A stretch of DNA of 64,000 bases from a virus, in IMG/VR virus record IMGVR_UViG_3300029438_000229, positions 2,293 to 66,292 of that record; one strand, 5' to 3'. A model generated the notes under the pieces. It saw nothing but the letters and a program-made list of their open reading frames with translations. It did no database searches and was not told the origin of the DNA. Made by a program: the position numbers and the translations under genes. Of the stretch, positions 9,324-20,920 are shown piece after piece (position 1 is the first letter of the stretch; every line of letters begins with the position of its first letter).

Positions 9324-10544
9324 TTATTGGACAGTGACAGAAGAATTTACAGCCTCAGACGATGAATCGGTGCTCTCACTCGCGGCTGCATCAGAATTCG
9401 CAGCGTTTTCATCATCAGATGCAGCACCGGACTCGGTTGCTGTATCAGATTCCGGAACAGCGGCAGCGTCCTCAGCAGGTGCGCCGGGCATAGTCGCATA
9501 CAGACCCGTCAGACGGACAGGCGCGTCACCGTAGCCAAGATACCCCCAGAAAGTATCAGTGCTGGCTTCATTGATGTACTCGGTGCCCTGCAATACCGGG
9601 AACTCATAGATATCGGTGATAGCCGTGCCCTTCACATCGGCACTGTCAAACTGGTCGCTGCAGGATGCCACAACGGTGCAGTCCTCGTAGTTCCAGACGA
9701 GGTAGAAGGACTTGGTACCGGTCTCTTTGTTGTACTCCGCGTCACGGAACTCATCAAAGGAAGTATACTGCGTGCCGGTCGGGCTGTTCTTCCAATAAAG
9801 GCCATTCGGGGTACCGAATACCGCATAGAGGGCGTTGAACTTCTCCTCGGGCGTGCCGTCAACAGGAAAATCCTTCAGAGCGGAAGGCTTCATCGTCGAA
9901 TAGAAAAGGCCATTCTCAAAGGCGTTCCCGATAGTCATGCCGTCAGAAGCAGCCGTGGTGCTGTCCATGACATTCGATACCGGACCACCATTGAAGCCAA
10001 TCTGGTAGTAGTTGGCGGATTCCCCATTCTCACCCTCGGTACAGACACAGAAATCCGAGATATCTTTTTCCAGACCTTCTCCGGTCACGGCATCCTCAAT
10101 ACTGTCGATGACCGTTTCCCCCGTTTCCAGAACGGACAATTTCAGGTATCCGGAAATCGGCATCTCGTTCAAATCCTTCACGGACACGCTCTTGATTTGT
10201 GTAGAGCTGCCGGATGCAGAGGAATAGAGTCCTGAAACGAATGCGCCATCCTCATAGGTCAGAGGATTTACACCCAAAGGCAACCCATCCGTCCATGTCA
10301 TATCGGGCTTATCCAGAGTTCCTACAGCGAACTCTGGAAGATTGTCAAGCAATGACCATGCATTGATGGGCTCTGGCGTAGGTGCAGGAGTCGGTGCCGG
10401 TGTGGCAGTGGGCTGTGCGGCGGCGATAGCCGCTGCCTCAGAAGCCGCTTTCCGGTTCTGAATCTCCTGAGATGCACAGCCGGTAAACATCACTGCGGAT
10501 GCCATCATGACAGCTGCGGCGAATAGAATTTTCTTGTGTTGCAT
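9324..10544 (-). CDS. secreted lipoprotein with low-complexity ends
   Basis: 406 aa. Signal peptide plus lipobox MFTGC, a PTPAPTP linker, and an acidic Ser/Ala-rich C-tail. Confidence 0.7.
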   Translation of the reverse strand: MQHKKILFAAAVMMASAVMFTGCASQEIQNRKAASEAAAIAAAQPTATPAPTPAPTPEPINAWSLLDNLPEFAVGTLDKPDMTWTDGLPLGVNPLTYEDGAFVSGLYSSASGSSTQIKSVSVKDLNEMPISGYLKLSVLETGETVIDSIEDAVTGEGLEKDISDFCVCTEGENGESANYYQIGFNGGPVSNVMDSTTAASDGMTIGNAFENGLFYSTMKPSALKDFPVDGTPEEKFNALYAVFGTPNGLYWKNSPTGTQYTSFDEFRDAEYNKETGTKSFYLVWNYEDCTVVASCSDQFDSADVKGTAITDIYEFPVLQGTEYINEASTDTFWGYLGYGDAPVRLTGLYATMPGAPAEDAAAVPESDTATESGAASDDENAANSDAAASESTDSSSEAVNSSVTVQ

Positions 10545-10564
10545 ACTGTTTTTGCACTGTCTTA

Positions 10565-10831
10565 TTATTTAGGCAGTGCTTTGCCTCCTTTTACATATCG
10601 TTTGTGCTGAATATGACCAATGACCGCAAGCCCCAAAAAGCCAACGGCAATGAGCATCGAACTGCCTCCGAGAAGAAACGCGCAATAACCGGCTACATCG
10701 CGCCACTGTGCGGCTTTTGCGAGCGTGCAGATGACGCAGGCAATAAAGCAAAGCCAGCCAAAGAGATAGCCAGCCATTCCGATGGTAGCTATCTTCCCTA
10801 ATACGGATTCTAAAATCTTCAAAGCAACCAC
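10565..10831 (-). CDS. small membrane protein
   Basis: 88 aa, hydrophobic helices. A GTG or TTG start follows AGGAAGG; the exact start is uncertain. Confidence 0.5.
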   Translation of the reverse strand: MVALKILESVLGKIATIGMAGYLFGWLCFIACVICTLAKAAQWRDVAGYCAFLLGGSSMLIAVGFLGLAVIGHIQHKRYVKGGKALPK

Positions 10832-10849
10832 ATCCTTCCTACGAGTTTA

Positions 10850-10877
10850 ATTTTATGCGATTCGCAAGTATTGGCAA
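10850..10877 (-). promoter_or_regulatory. phage-type promoter
   Basis: TTGCCA-ATAC-TTGCGAAT-CGCA-TAAAAT. Confidence 0.55.
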
Positions 10878-10946
10878 CAGGAAAATATCGTTATAAAAAG
10901 AAAAAGCTGCCCAACCGAAGTTGGACAGCGAAAATGCTATTGAATT

Positions 10947-11330
10947 TTACTGTTTTTTGTTTTGTTCTGCTCTTCTGCGCTCGCGTTCCTCGTACTCCTT
11001 CTTCTGATACTTCAAGCGTTCGTTCAGCAGAAAGGAGTTTTCATCGCGGGTCATGGTGAGTTTGGCTCTGTACACGATATAAATGACGATAAGTGCCAAA
11101 ATGCCGTAGGTGAAGATGAGACTCAGAAGATTGCCAACAACCGTTACGATAATAGGCGAAATGAGATGGAGAATACCAATGACGAGCAGGAACATGCCAC
11201 CAAAGACGATGACTCTTGCAGCGGTCTGAACGGCAGGCGGGTAGCCATCAAGAAAAGTGGATATAGTATCGTTGATTTTCGTGAAAATATCATTTCTCTT
11301 TTTGCCATTGCTATTATTATTTTCAGCCAT
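10947..11330 (-). CDS. membrane protein
   Basis: 127 aa; AAAAAGGAGGG SD; two central TM helices; basic charged C-tail. Confidence 0.6.
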   Translation of the reverse strand: MAENNNSNGKKRNDIFTKINDTISTFLDGYPPAVQTAARVIVFGGMFLLVIGILHLISPIIVTVVGNLLSLIFTYGILALIVIYIVYRAKLTMTRDENSFLLNERLKYQKKEYEERERRRAEQNKKQ

Positions 11331-11436
11331 ACCGGACCCTCCTTTTTATGCCCATTATAGCACGTATTTGAACAAAATGCTATACCTCGCATTATATTGT
11401 GGGAGAACAGGAAGCACTTTGTTTGTCAGATGACAA

Positions 11437-11468
11437 CAAAAAAAGCCGCCACCCCAAAGGGCAACGGC
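11437..11468 (-). terminator. intrinsic terminator after GHKL gene
   Basis: GCCGTTGCCC..GGGTGGCGGC stem plus TTTTTTTG. Confidence 0.7.
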
Positions 11469-11485
11469 TAAGTGTGTTGGTGTGA

Positions 11486-13051
11486 TTAGCGAGGCAGGTT
11501 CTTGTCTACCACGATTTCGAGGTTGTAGTGAGGCAGTTTCGCAACATCACCCTTCGCAACCTTGAGAGCCGCCTTCATCTTGTCATCAGGCATGGACTGG
11601 ATAAGGCTGTTCAGTTCCTCACAGGTGTGGCTGAGCATCGGACCGCGACTGGTGGTGAACATCGTAGCGGAAACCGGCTGGCAACCCTGAGAGACCATAC
11701 CGTCCCAATGCGTGCGCAGTTCAGCAACAGACTTCATGTTAGCAGCAGTGCTCATGAAATCATAGATGTTGCAGTGGTTCTCGTCGATGTATTCAAGGAC
11801 ATCGATGCGAGTGCGGTTCGCATATACAGGGAACTGGAGCTCGACCTTGTTGCCGGTGTTGTTCATGATACGCTCAGCAAACTGCTTGGCGTACTCCACG
11901 AGGGGGCAGGTCTTGTCTTCCACGACAGGAACAGCATCCTTCACAGCATCGAAGATGGCACGCCAGCCCTCATCGCTCAAATCGATGTTGGACTTGTTTG
12001 CGAGGGTGTTCAGGAACCCACGCGGCAGGTCAGAGATATCGATGGCGATGGTGCCGGTGAACAGGTTGAAGGAAGGATGACGAGCACGGTCCCAGATGGT
12101 ATCCAACTGTGCGGTAGCGATAACGCGGTCGCCGAGCTGGATATCCACACCTTGGGTGCTCATATTTCCCTGATAATAGTGCTTCAGGGCGTAACCACCG
12201 GTCACTGCACGAGTCTGAGTAGCGGCTGCGTTGAGCAGACCGACCTCAACGGAAACAGGGATATCGTGACCATTGTAGTTCACGCTCAGATGATGCGTCC
12301 CGGTCACAGCCTTGTAGCGCTGGAAGATAGGCTTGACGAAAACATCGCAAGTCTTGCCGTTCGCCATCTGATAGTCGGGAATCAGGATACGGGCGGGAGC
12401 GGCACCGGAATCATCGGGCTTGAGGTAGTTGCGATACTTGACGCCGAAATGCTCCGCAATGGAACGGCGCAGCACATTGAGGCTGGAAACCTTGCTCGGA
12501 GCGCAGCTACCATTCTGGGTCAGCATAGTGCTTGCGGTGCTCTTGTCCATCTCCACATAGATGATGGTGGAGGGAGCGCCGAGAGGCTTGTAAGCATCAC
12601 GCATGACGATGTCGGCAAGAGGGATATCCTGCTGTTCAACAATCTTCATCTTGGTGTCGAAGGGGCCGTCAACGAGGTGGTAGGAATCTTCTTCCGGCTT
12701 CTTGGTGGCGATGAACCACGGATACTTGTTCCGGGTAGCGACCAGCAGGAAGTTGTTGAGACCTACGCCGTGGATGCACAGAGGACCCTCATCGGTGTGA
12801 CGAGAGCCAAACTGCAGGCTTTCGCTCACCTCGTTGATGTCCATACCGTTGCCCCAGTCGGCAGTAACCATGCCGATTAGGTCCTTCTCGGAGCCTGGTA
12901 CGAACGCAACCAGAGCGTTTACAGGGCCGGTGCTGTTCGACAGGATGTTGTCCATGGGCTCGCAAGCGGCGCTGTGCATCGGGAGAAACTGGTTGGAAAC
13001 GGCATTGAAGTAGTTCTTGGTAATACCAACATTGAGAATATGTGCCTTCAT
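11486..13051 (-). CDS. GHKL-type (HATPase_c_3 / MORC-like) ATPase-domain protein
   Basis: Trimmed to ATG 13051. N-box-like EPMDN, G1 box DWGNGMD, G2-like HGVGLNNF. The C-terminal RIDVLEY...IYDF is only weakly PD-(D/E)xK-like. Confidence 0.55.
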   Translation of the reverse strand: MKAHILNVGITKNYFNAVSNQFLPMHSAACEPMDNILSNSTGPVNALVAFVPGSEKDLIGMVTADWGNGMDINEVSESLQFGSRHTDEGPLCIHGVGLNNFLLVATRNKYPWFIATKKPEEDSYHLVDGPFDTKMKIVEQQDIPLADIVMRDAYKPLGAPSTIIYVEMDKSTASTMLTQNGSCAPSKVSSLNVLRRSIAEHFGVKYRNYLKPDDSGAAPARILIPDYQMANGKTCDVFVKPIFQRYKAVTGTHHLSVNYNGHDIPVSVEVGLLNAAATQTRAVTGGYALKHYYQGNMSTQGVDIQLGDRVIATAQLDTIWDRARHPSFNLFTGTIAIDISDLPRGFLNTLANKSNIDLSDEGWRAIFDAVKDAVPVVEDKTCPLVEYAKQFAERIMNNTGNKVELQFPVYANRTRIDVLEYIDENHCNIYDFMSTAANMKSVAELRTHWDGMVSQGCQPVSATMFTTSRGPMLSHTCEELNSLIQSMPDDKMKAALKVAKGDVAKLPHYNLEIVVDKNLPR

Positions 13052-13134
13052 AGTATACCCCGTATCGTGGGGCCAACGTGCTGCTCTTGAAATCATCTCC
13101 ACAGCAGGTAGAGCCCCAAGATAGGGGGTTATTG

Positions 13135-13263
13135 TTATTTGTTTGTGTGTTTGTCTGTTATTACAGGAAGCAGACAAGCGTAAAAGATTGCTATCGCAAG
13201 TATCGCAATTACAATCACGATAATTACGGGGACTGGGATTTGTTCGATGAGCGCAAGTATCAC
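13135..13263 (-). CDS. possible 42-aa hydrophobic peptide
   Basis: GTG-initiated ORF VILALIEQIPVPVIIVIVIAILAIAIFYACLL...; no SD seen. Confidence 0.25.
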   Translation of the reverse strand: MILALIEQIPVPVIIVIVIAILAIAIFYACLLPVITDKHTNK

Positions 13264-13640
13264 GCGTTTTAACAGCAGCTAGAGAAGACGACGTAGCATC
13301 TTATGATTGCTGAAAAAAGCGCTTACTTGCTAAAACATCTTCTTGAAATATGTCATGATAATTCTCCTTTTTTGATTGATATTCGTTTTATGCTAACGCA
13401 CTTTATCGTTGTACCCACGGCTGGAACATGTATAAAAGATGCTCTAACGCGGCGTTCGCGGCTGGGATATGTATAAAGGATGCTTTGCTGTATTTGCAGC
13501 AAAACAACGATTTTCGCATTAACGCAGCGTGTACGTCCCGCTTTTTAGGCAGGAAATCTATTATAATCACCGTATCGTGGTGTACTACGATGCAGGAATG
13601 TTCCCGCATGACCAAAAACAGATAGTCCGCAAAAACCTCC

Positions 13641-13792
13641 AAAAGAAAAAGGACAGACACCCATGACGAGTGTCTGTCCTTTTCAAGAAAAGAGGATTGT
13701 GAATATGGCTATTGTTGCACTACCTATACAGGTAATGATACTGGTATCTTTGGTACGATTATTATTCTATGCCGTTCGCAAGCGCTGTCAAC
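13641..13792 (-). promoter_or_regulatory. leader cassette copy 3 (diverged)
   Basis: TTGACA-17-TAGAAT with TTGCGAAC. ATCGTACCAAAGATACC, ATTCACAAT. Hairpin 13680-13650 plus a T-run. Confidence 0.6.
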
Positions 13793-13848
13793 ACTAATTT
13801 CTGATTTTTCCAAGCAAAAAGCCAACTGTGTGTCAGATAGTTTTTCTG

Positions 13849-14763
13849 TTATTCGTTGATGTTTTTCTGGTTGTGGTGAAGGGCACCACGGACAAATTGG
13901 TTCCAGCGAGCATGGTACAGGACGAACCCGTCCTCGAACTCCACCGTGATGTTGTTGACACCATGATAAGCAATACAGGTGGCTTTGCTGCCATTTTTCA
14001 TCGTCATCGTAGTGCCAACAGATTTCACATAATCGTGCTCATCCTTGCGAGCTGCACTGATAGTACGCATCCGCATTTTGCAGTCGGGACAGCAGGTAGC
14101 ACCGGATGCAATAGCCCGCGTCATGGCGCGAACGCTTGTCACGAACTCTTTTTTGCAATCCGGGCATACGAAGATAGCTCTTCTTTCCGAACGAGCGGAA
14201 ATTTCGCTGGGAGTGTAATCGTTCTTGTCGCTCCACATAGGAACAACCTTAGGACACTGGGTAGCCAAATCATTGATACCAGAAACAACCTTGCGACCTG
14301 CGCAAACAGGGCAACCTGTGCTGCCATTTTGTACGGTATGAACTACATTGCAGATAGAAGCTTCAAACTCCTGCTTACAATCTGGGCATACGAACCACGC
14401 TTTCTTGTTATTGCCTGCAGATGCTTCGCTGGGGGTGTATGTGTTCTTTGCACTCCACATAGCGAAAATCTTAGGACACTTGGTAGCCAAATCATTGATG
14501 CCAGGGACGACCTTGATACCTGCACAAACAGGGCAACCGGTATTACCACGCATCAAGGACCTTGCGATATGGAAAGCACGGGCTTCAAACTCCTGCTTAC
14601 AATCGGGGCATACGAACCACGCTTTCTTGTTGCTGCCTACAGATACTTCGCTAGGGGTGTATGTGTTCTTGGAACTCCACATAGCGGAAATCTTAGGACA
14701 CTTGGTAGCCAAATCGTTGACGCCGGAAATGACATTCTTGGAATTGATAGTGTTAGTATTCAT
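13849..14763 (-). CDS. treble-clef zinc-ribbon repeat protein (DUF4379-like)
   Basis: 304 aa. Three repeats of about 85 aa: INDLATKCPK..MWS.KN...CPDCK.EF...GCPVCAG. GGAGAAAGAGAG SD. Confidence 0.7.
   Translation of the reverse strand: MNTNTINSKNVISGVNDLATKCPKISAMWSSKNTYTPSEVSVGSNKKAWFVCPDCKQEFEARAFHIARSLMRGNTGCPVCAGIKVVPGINDLATKCPKIFAMWSAKNTYTPSEASAGNNKKAWFVCPDCKQEFEASICNVVHTVQNGSTGCPVCAGRKVVSGINDLATQCPKVVPMWSDKNDYTPSEISARSERRAIFVCPDCKKEFVTSVRAMTRAIASGATCCPDCKMRMRTISAARKDEHDYVKSVGTTMTMKNGSKATCIAYHGVNNITVEFEDGFVLYHARWNQFVRGALHHNQKNINE
14013..14727 (-). repeat. three in-frame tandem repeats (~255-270 nt) inside the zinc-ribbon gene
   Basis: The repeated peptide blocks are visible in the product and in the mirrored antisense ORFs of the track. 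Confidence 0.7.
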
Positions 14764-14826
14764 GGTAAACTCTCTTTCTCCTCGTATTTTCGAGGCTTGT
14801 AATAAATAAAAATGAGCGACTTGTAG

Positions 14827-14982
14827 TCACAATGTCTTAAACTTATGGCAGCAACGCATCATGGTGCGGATACGAACCAAGTCAATCTCGATTGCCAATG
14901 CGTTGATGGCTTCGAGCAGTGCATAGACAGCCATTGCGGGAATCGCTACAAGTAAAATAATGATGGATTTAATGGCTTTCAT
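14827..14982 (-). CDS. small membrane protein (51 aa)
   Basis: GGAGAAAGAGAG SD 7 nt before the ATG. MKAIKSIIILLVAIPAMAVYALL is a TM helix. Below the ORF-track size cutoff. Confidence 0.5.
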   Translation of the reverse strand: MKAIKSIIILLVAIPAMAVYALLEAINALAIEIDLVRIRTMMRCCHKFKTL

Positions 14983-15021
14983 TTCAGACTCTCTTTCTCC
15001 GCATTTGCGCGGTCTTGCAAC

Positions 15022-15140
15022 AAAAAAAGACAGGTCACCCGGTTGGTGCCTGTCTGAATTTTGTCAGGTTGTAAATGGTTGGTCGTGGTTTGGTATCTAT
15101 TGTACAATACTCATTCTATACTGTTCGCAAACGCCGTCAA
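15022..15140 (-). promoter_or_regulatory. leader cassette copy 4 (diverged)
   Basis: TTGACG-16-TAGAAT with TTGCGAAC. TTGTACAATAGATACC. Hairpin 15055-15028 plus TTTTTTT. Confidence 0.6.
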
Positions 15141-15197
15141 GACAACATTTCAAAAGAAAAAGCCGCCCCACCCTGAGAGGTGGAACGGCTGATGAGA

Positions 15198-15443
15198 TTA
15201 GTGCTTGATGTAAAGCGAGGTGTCCCTGAACGGATTCAGGATACCAGGCTTATACTTGGTGCTGACATAATCAGCAATCTGAGTATCCGTCATACCGTTA
15301 AGCACATCGAGCCAGCATTCAGCGTTGATAGCCATGAGTCCGCCCATACCAAGTGCATTGTCGCAGCGTCTCATATCCTCTGCGAACGCCTCATGGTATG
15401 CGCAAGGCTCAGCAGCATGGATAAACCGATTGGTGTCGTACAT
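15198..15443 (-). CDS. hypothetical protein
   Basis: 81 aa; GAGGTGG SD; immediately downstream of ligA. Confidence 0.55.
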   Translation of the reverse strand: MYDTNRFIHAAEPCAYHEAFAEDMRRCDNALGMGGLMAINAECWLDVLNGMTDTQIADYVSTKYKPGILNPFRDTSLYIKH

Positions 15444-15452
15444 AGTGCCACC

Positions 15453-17522
<2,070 letters not shown>

Positions 17523-17555
17523 TCAGTTCCTTTCAGTGCAGCCGCCATAGTATCT

Positions 17556-17585
17556 ATCATACAATACATTTGGCGGCATTAGCAA
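17556..17585 (-). promoter_or_regulatory. candidate ligA promoter framed by a 7-bp inverted repeat
   Basis: TTGCTA-18-TATGAT. GCCGCCA (17541-17547) and TGGCGGC (17571-17577) bracket the -10. Contains TTGTATGATAGATAC, which resembles the leader box. Confidence 0.4.
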
Positions 17586-17638
17586 TATCGAACATCAGAA
17601 AAAGCAAGCCACAAAATGTGCTGAGACATGCTTTGCAT

Positions 17639-18028
17639 TTACTTTCTCTTCACCTTATCGTATTTCACGCCGAGAATCTCAGCGGCAGCGTTAAGGGTTT
17701 CGAGAGAAATATTGTTAAAGTCATTTTGTGCTGCCATATACAGCGCTTTTGTGCATCTGACGGCGTCACAAATATCGTAGATGGTATCCTTGTTTTCGAA
17801 AATCAGCAAATACTGCTCATAGCCGACTGTGGTATCTTCTCGATACTCGACACCGTTGGCATCGAACTCATATAAGCGGTTTGCGGTTCCGGAAGTCGGG
17901 ATGCATTCAAAACGGTTGGTATCAGAATCCGTGTGTGTGACCACCATTTTGCGAATCGTCTCGGGATAAGGAACCCCAAAGCGAAACTCGACCATCCAGA
18001 GATAATCGCCTGCCTTAACAGAAAGCAT
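17639..18028 (-). CDS. hypothetical protein
   Basis: 129 aa; AAAGGAAG SD. Confidence 0.6.
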   Translation of the reverse strand: MLSVKAGDYLWMVEFRFGVPYPETIRKMVVTHTDSDTNRFECIPTSGTANRLYEFDANGVEYREDTTVGYEQYLLIFENKDTIYDICDAVRCTKALYMAAQNDFNNISLETLNAAAEILGVKYDKVKRK

Positions 18029-18095
18029 TTCAAATCTTCCTTTCAGTGTTAATTTTTATTGTTTATTCGTACCCTTCAAAGCTTCGATGGCAATC

Positions 18096-18881
18096 TCAAA
18101 TTTTCAGTTCGAGCGCAACTTTTTCTTCTGCGCTCTTATCGTTCATCCCATCGACGAGAACGTAAATGTCTACGTTCCTTAAAACAAGTCCTTTCGCTTG
18201 CCAGTCGGTTTTTTTGCGAATCTTTTCTGGCAAAAGACGAAGTGCCTGCTTTTTGAGGTTGTCGATTTTTTCTTCTGTTGCGTACATCTCTTGGCTGAAG
18301 GTAAATTCTGCAGTTTGGTATGTTGTAGTCCATGCACGAACCTTTACCGTTACTGTGCTTTCCGAAACGTTGTAGTCTTTAAATGGGATTAAAGACTCAC
18401 TCAGTTCCCCAATTCTCGCATTGAAGAAATTGGTTATACGAGCGAGTTCCTTTTGGTAGATTACCTTTGCTTGTCGCACCTGTTCACGGTAGCATTTTAC
18501 GCAGTCTTCAACCGTGTAGAAGATGTTTACAGACTCACCCGTGTATCCCCGATAGCCTGTATTATCCATTGGAGCAATTACCTTGGACATAATATGACCG
18601 TTCTTTACAGGTCGGAAATAAATAGGAGAATAATAAATAATCTTATTCGTCTCCTTGGCATCCGTTACCACCACCGGAGTGGGCTCAATTCCACGAATTG
18701 GCTTTTTGGTCGGGTCTGCGTTTGCTCGATAGTCGCAAATCCAAACCATCTTTCCCGTAATGTTTTCCAGCCCTTCTGCGTAATCAAAATCCGCAAGAGA
18801 TTTCGTCTTTTGAGGTCCTAATGCACGGTTATTTCGCCAAAGGGTTACATTGTTATTTTGTAGATATTCTTCGAGTTCCAT
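18096..18881 (-). CDS. hypothetical protein
   Basis: 261 aa; AAAGGAAAAAGG SD; AT-richer segment. Confidence 0.6.
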   Translation of the reverse strand: MELEEYLQNNNVTLWRNNRALGPQKTKSLADFDYAEGLENITGKMVWICDYRANADPTKKPIRGIEPTPVVVTDAKETNKIIYYSPIYFRPVKNGHIMSKVIAPMDNTGYRGYTGESVNIFYTVEDCVKCYREQVRQAKVIYQKELARITNFFNARIGELSESLIPFKDYNVSESTVTVKVRAWTTTYQTAEFTFSQEMYATEEKIDNLKKQALRLLPEKIRKKTDWQAKGLVLRNVDIYVLVDGMNDKSAEEKVALELKI

Positions 18882-18885
18882 TTTT

Positions 18886-19290
18886 TCACCTTTTTCCTTT
18901 CAGAGCTTCGATAACCAATTCTTCGTAGTCCTCGATGGCGTAATAGATTTCAGAAAACCCATTTGCATGACCACGCTCATACGCCTTTTCCCAGACCATT
19001 TCTGCCGTCTCTTGACTGATAAGAACAGAGGAAGCGCTTTTTACATCCATCTGAATAAGGGCAAGAATGTCAACCATGACATCCGAAATAGCTTTGTTGC
19101 GGTCTGTCACAAGTTTGGTTACTTCATCGTTCCATTGCTGCTGAAGCTGCCGCACCTTCTTTTTATTCCAATCGAGGGAATGTGCGCTGCTGATGATATC
19201 ACCGGTTTTAGGACGCTTGGTTTTAGGGGTTATGCGCATATTCCAAGCAGCTTCCATGCGAATCTGAAGATTTTTCCAACTACTGTCCAT
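18886..19290 (-). CDS. hypothetical protein
   Basis: Track ORF trimmed to ATG 19290 behind GAAAGGAAA. The longer form overlaps the upstream gene. Confidence 0.6.
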   Translation of the reverse strand: MDSSWKNLQIRMEAAWNMRITPKTKRPKTGDIISSAHSLDWNKKKVRQLQQQWNDEVTKLVTDRNKAISDVMVDILALIQMDVKSASSVLISQETAEMVWEKAYERGHANGFSEIYYAIEDYEELVIEALKGKR

Positions 19291-19321
19291 GTTTCGTTTC
19301 CTTTCTATGTGTTTTTTTACA

Positions 19322-19624
19322 TCAGAATTTGAAGTCCTGACACACTTCGATGCTGTTTTTGTCATAGCCGACAGCGTACAGTTCATTGAGCAGCGGCGTA
19401 TACTCCTCGACCGTTGCAGGAACGCCTGTCTTCAGATACCCGTAAGACGCATTCACATGCTGCCCATTGTGGACATACGCATCGAAATACAGGTTTGGGT
19501 CCTTCAATTTGAGTCTTTTGCAAAACTCGAGGGTTCCCGGTATCTTGTCAAGAAACACACAGGTGAGTTCGGAACCGGCTTCTGGATTGAGTTCGTCGGT
19601 ACAGTTAAGAAAAGCTACTTTCAT
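19322..19624 (-). CDS. hypothetical protein
   Basis: Trimmed to ATG 19624 behind AAAAAGGAGAA. The longer form translates the leader hairpin. Confidence 0.6.
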   Translation of the reverse strand: MKVAFLNCTDELNPEAGSELTCVFLDKIPGTLEFCKRLKLKDPNLYFDAYVHNGQHVNASYGYLKTGVPATVEEYTPLLNELYAVGYDKNSIEVCQDFKF

Positions 19625-19646
19625 TTTCGTTCTCCTTTTTTGAGCG

Positions 19647-19780
19647 CAAAAAGGCGGGCCTCCCAAAATCGGGAAGTCCGCCTTAAAGCAAAATTGTGAA
19701 TTGTACGAACGCAGTTAGCGTCTTAGTAGATGGTATCTATCGTACAATTCTTATTTTATTCGGTTCGCATATCGCGTCAA
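19647..19780 (-). promoter_or_regulatory. leader cassette copy 5
   Basis: TTGACG-16-TAAAAT with ATGCGAAC. Full conserved leader. Hairpin 19682-19653 plus TTTTT. Confidence 0.7.
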
Positions 19781-19824
19781 CAATTATGTTCAAGGGGCTG
19801 AAATTATAGCGGAAAACGACCGTA

Positions 19825-19857
19825 TAAAAGCGGACCTCCCGCTTCGGAAAGTCCGCT
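19825..19857 (-). terminator. intrinsic terminator using the cassette-type hairpin
   Basis: AGCGGACTTTCCG..CGGGAGGTCCGCT plus TTTTAT, after the stop of gene 19878. Confidence 0.6.
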
Positions 19858-19877
19858 ATAGCCGCAATTATCTGATT

Positions 19878-20519
19878 TTACTGAGCCTGGTTATCGGTCG
19901 GCTGCTGCGGTGCAGCGGGCTGCTGAGGCTGAACCGGCGCGGCAGGCTGCTTGGGCTGTGCAGGAGCCTGATAGGTCATGTTGGGGTTCTGGGTCTGTTC
20001 CTGAGTCGGCTGCTGGTACTGAGGCTGAGCCTGAGCAGGATGCGCAGCCTTGTAGGTATCATACTTCTGCTTCATCTGGTCGTAAGAATAGCCATCCTGC
20101 GGGATACCGAAGTACCGGCACTGACCGAATGCCAGAATCATGTTGAAGATGGGGTTCAGGAAGAACAGGCCAATGGTGAAGCCAATCCCCTGCCCAAACG
20201 CGACACTCTGTTTGTACAGGGTTACGATGTTGATGATGACGCCAACGATGACCAGCAGCGTGCCGAGCAGCGGGATGCCGCCAAGTACAGTGCAGACGAT
20301 GGGGACAAAGAACAGCCAGCCGTTGCCCCAGAAGATTTTGTACCGGATGTAGCTGTTGTAAAACGGGACGATGGACGCCCATCCGGGTTGACCGGCCTTT
20401 TCGAAGATTTTCCAGCCAGCCACAATGTTGAGAACGAAGAATGCCAGGATGATGAGCCAAAATCCAGCAAAGATGCTGAGAAGTGCATTGAGGGCCGCCG
20501 CCTCTGAACCGTAAGACAT
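19878..20519 (-). CDS. DUF5684-like membrane protein with Q/P-rich tail
   Basis: 213 aa; AGGAGGAA SD. GWKIFEKAGQPGWASIVPFYN motif plus 4 TM helices. Confidence 0.65.
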   Translation of the reverse strand: MSYGSEAAALNALLSIFAGFWLIILAFFVLNIVAGWKIFEKAGQPGWASIVPFYNSYIRYKIFWGNGWLFFVPIVCTVLGGIPLLGTLLVIVGVIINIVTLYKQSVAFGQGIGFTIGLFFLNPIFNMILAFGQCRYFGIPQDGYSYDQMKQKYDTYKAAHPAQAQPQYQQPTQEQTQNPNMTYQAPAQPKQPAAPVQPQQPAAPQQPTDNQAQ

Positions 20520-20564
20520 AATGATTCCTCCTAAAAATACTTTATATTATAAAGCCAATCGGCC

Positions 20565-20906
20565 TTATTCCTTTTCCTGCACGGCTTTGCGTGCCGCTTT
20601 TTCTTTCGACAGTGCTGCGAGTTTCTTGCCGCTTTCGACCAGGATTGCTCGGCGTTCTTCAGAGATAAACATGGGAGGACGAATTTTTACCCACTTTTTC
20701 GGAAATTCCGCTTCTACGCAATCTTCTTTGTCGATGGTCAGCTTCACCTCATCGGGATGCTCTGTTGCAAGTTTTCGCAACTCGTTCATCCGCGAATAAT
20801 TTCGCGTATAGTACGAGCAGGTTTTCTCTGCATCGCAGAAATTGATGATGGTCTCGCGCTCGTAGGCACCATCGGCGCTTTGAGGCGTTTGGTTGATGGG
20901 ACGCAT
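20565..20906 (-). CDS. hypothetical protein
   Basis: Trimmed to ATG 20906 behind AAAGGAGATGAAAAA. Confidence 0.55.
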   Translation of the reverse strand: MRPINQTPQSADGAYERETIINFCDAEKTCSYYTRNYSRMNELRKLATEHPDEVKLTIDKEDCVEAEFPKKWVKIRPPMFISEERRAILVESGKKLAALSKEKAARKAVQEKE

Positions 20907-20920
20907 TTTTTCATCTCCTT

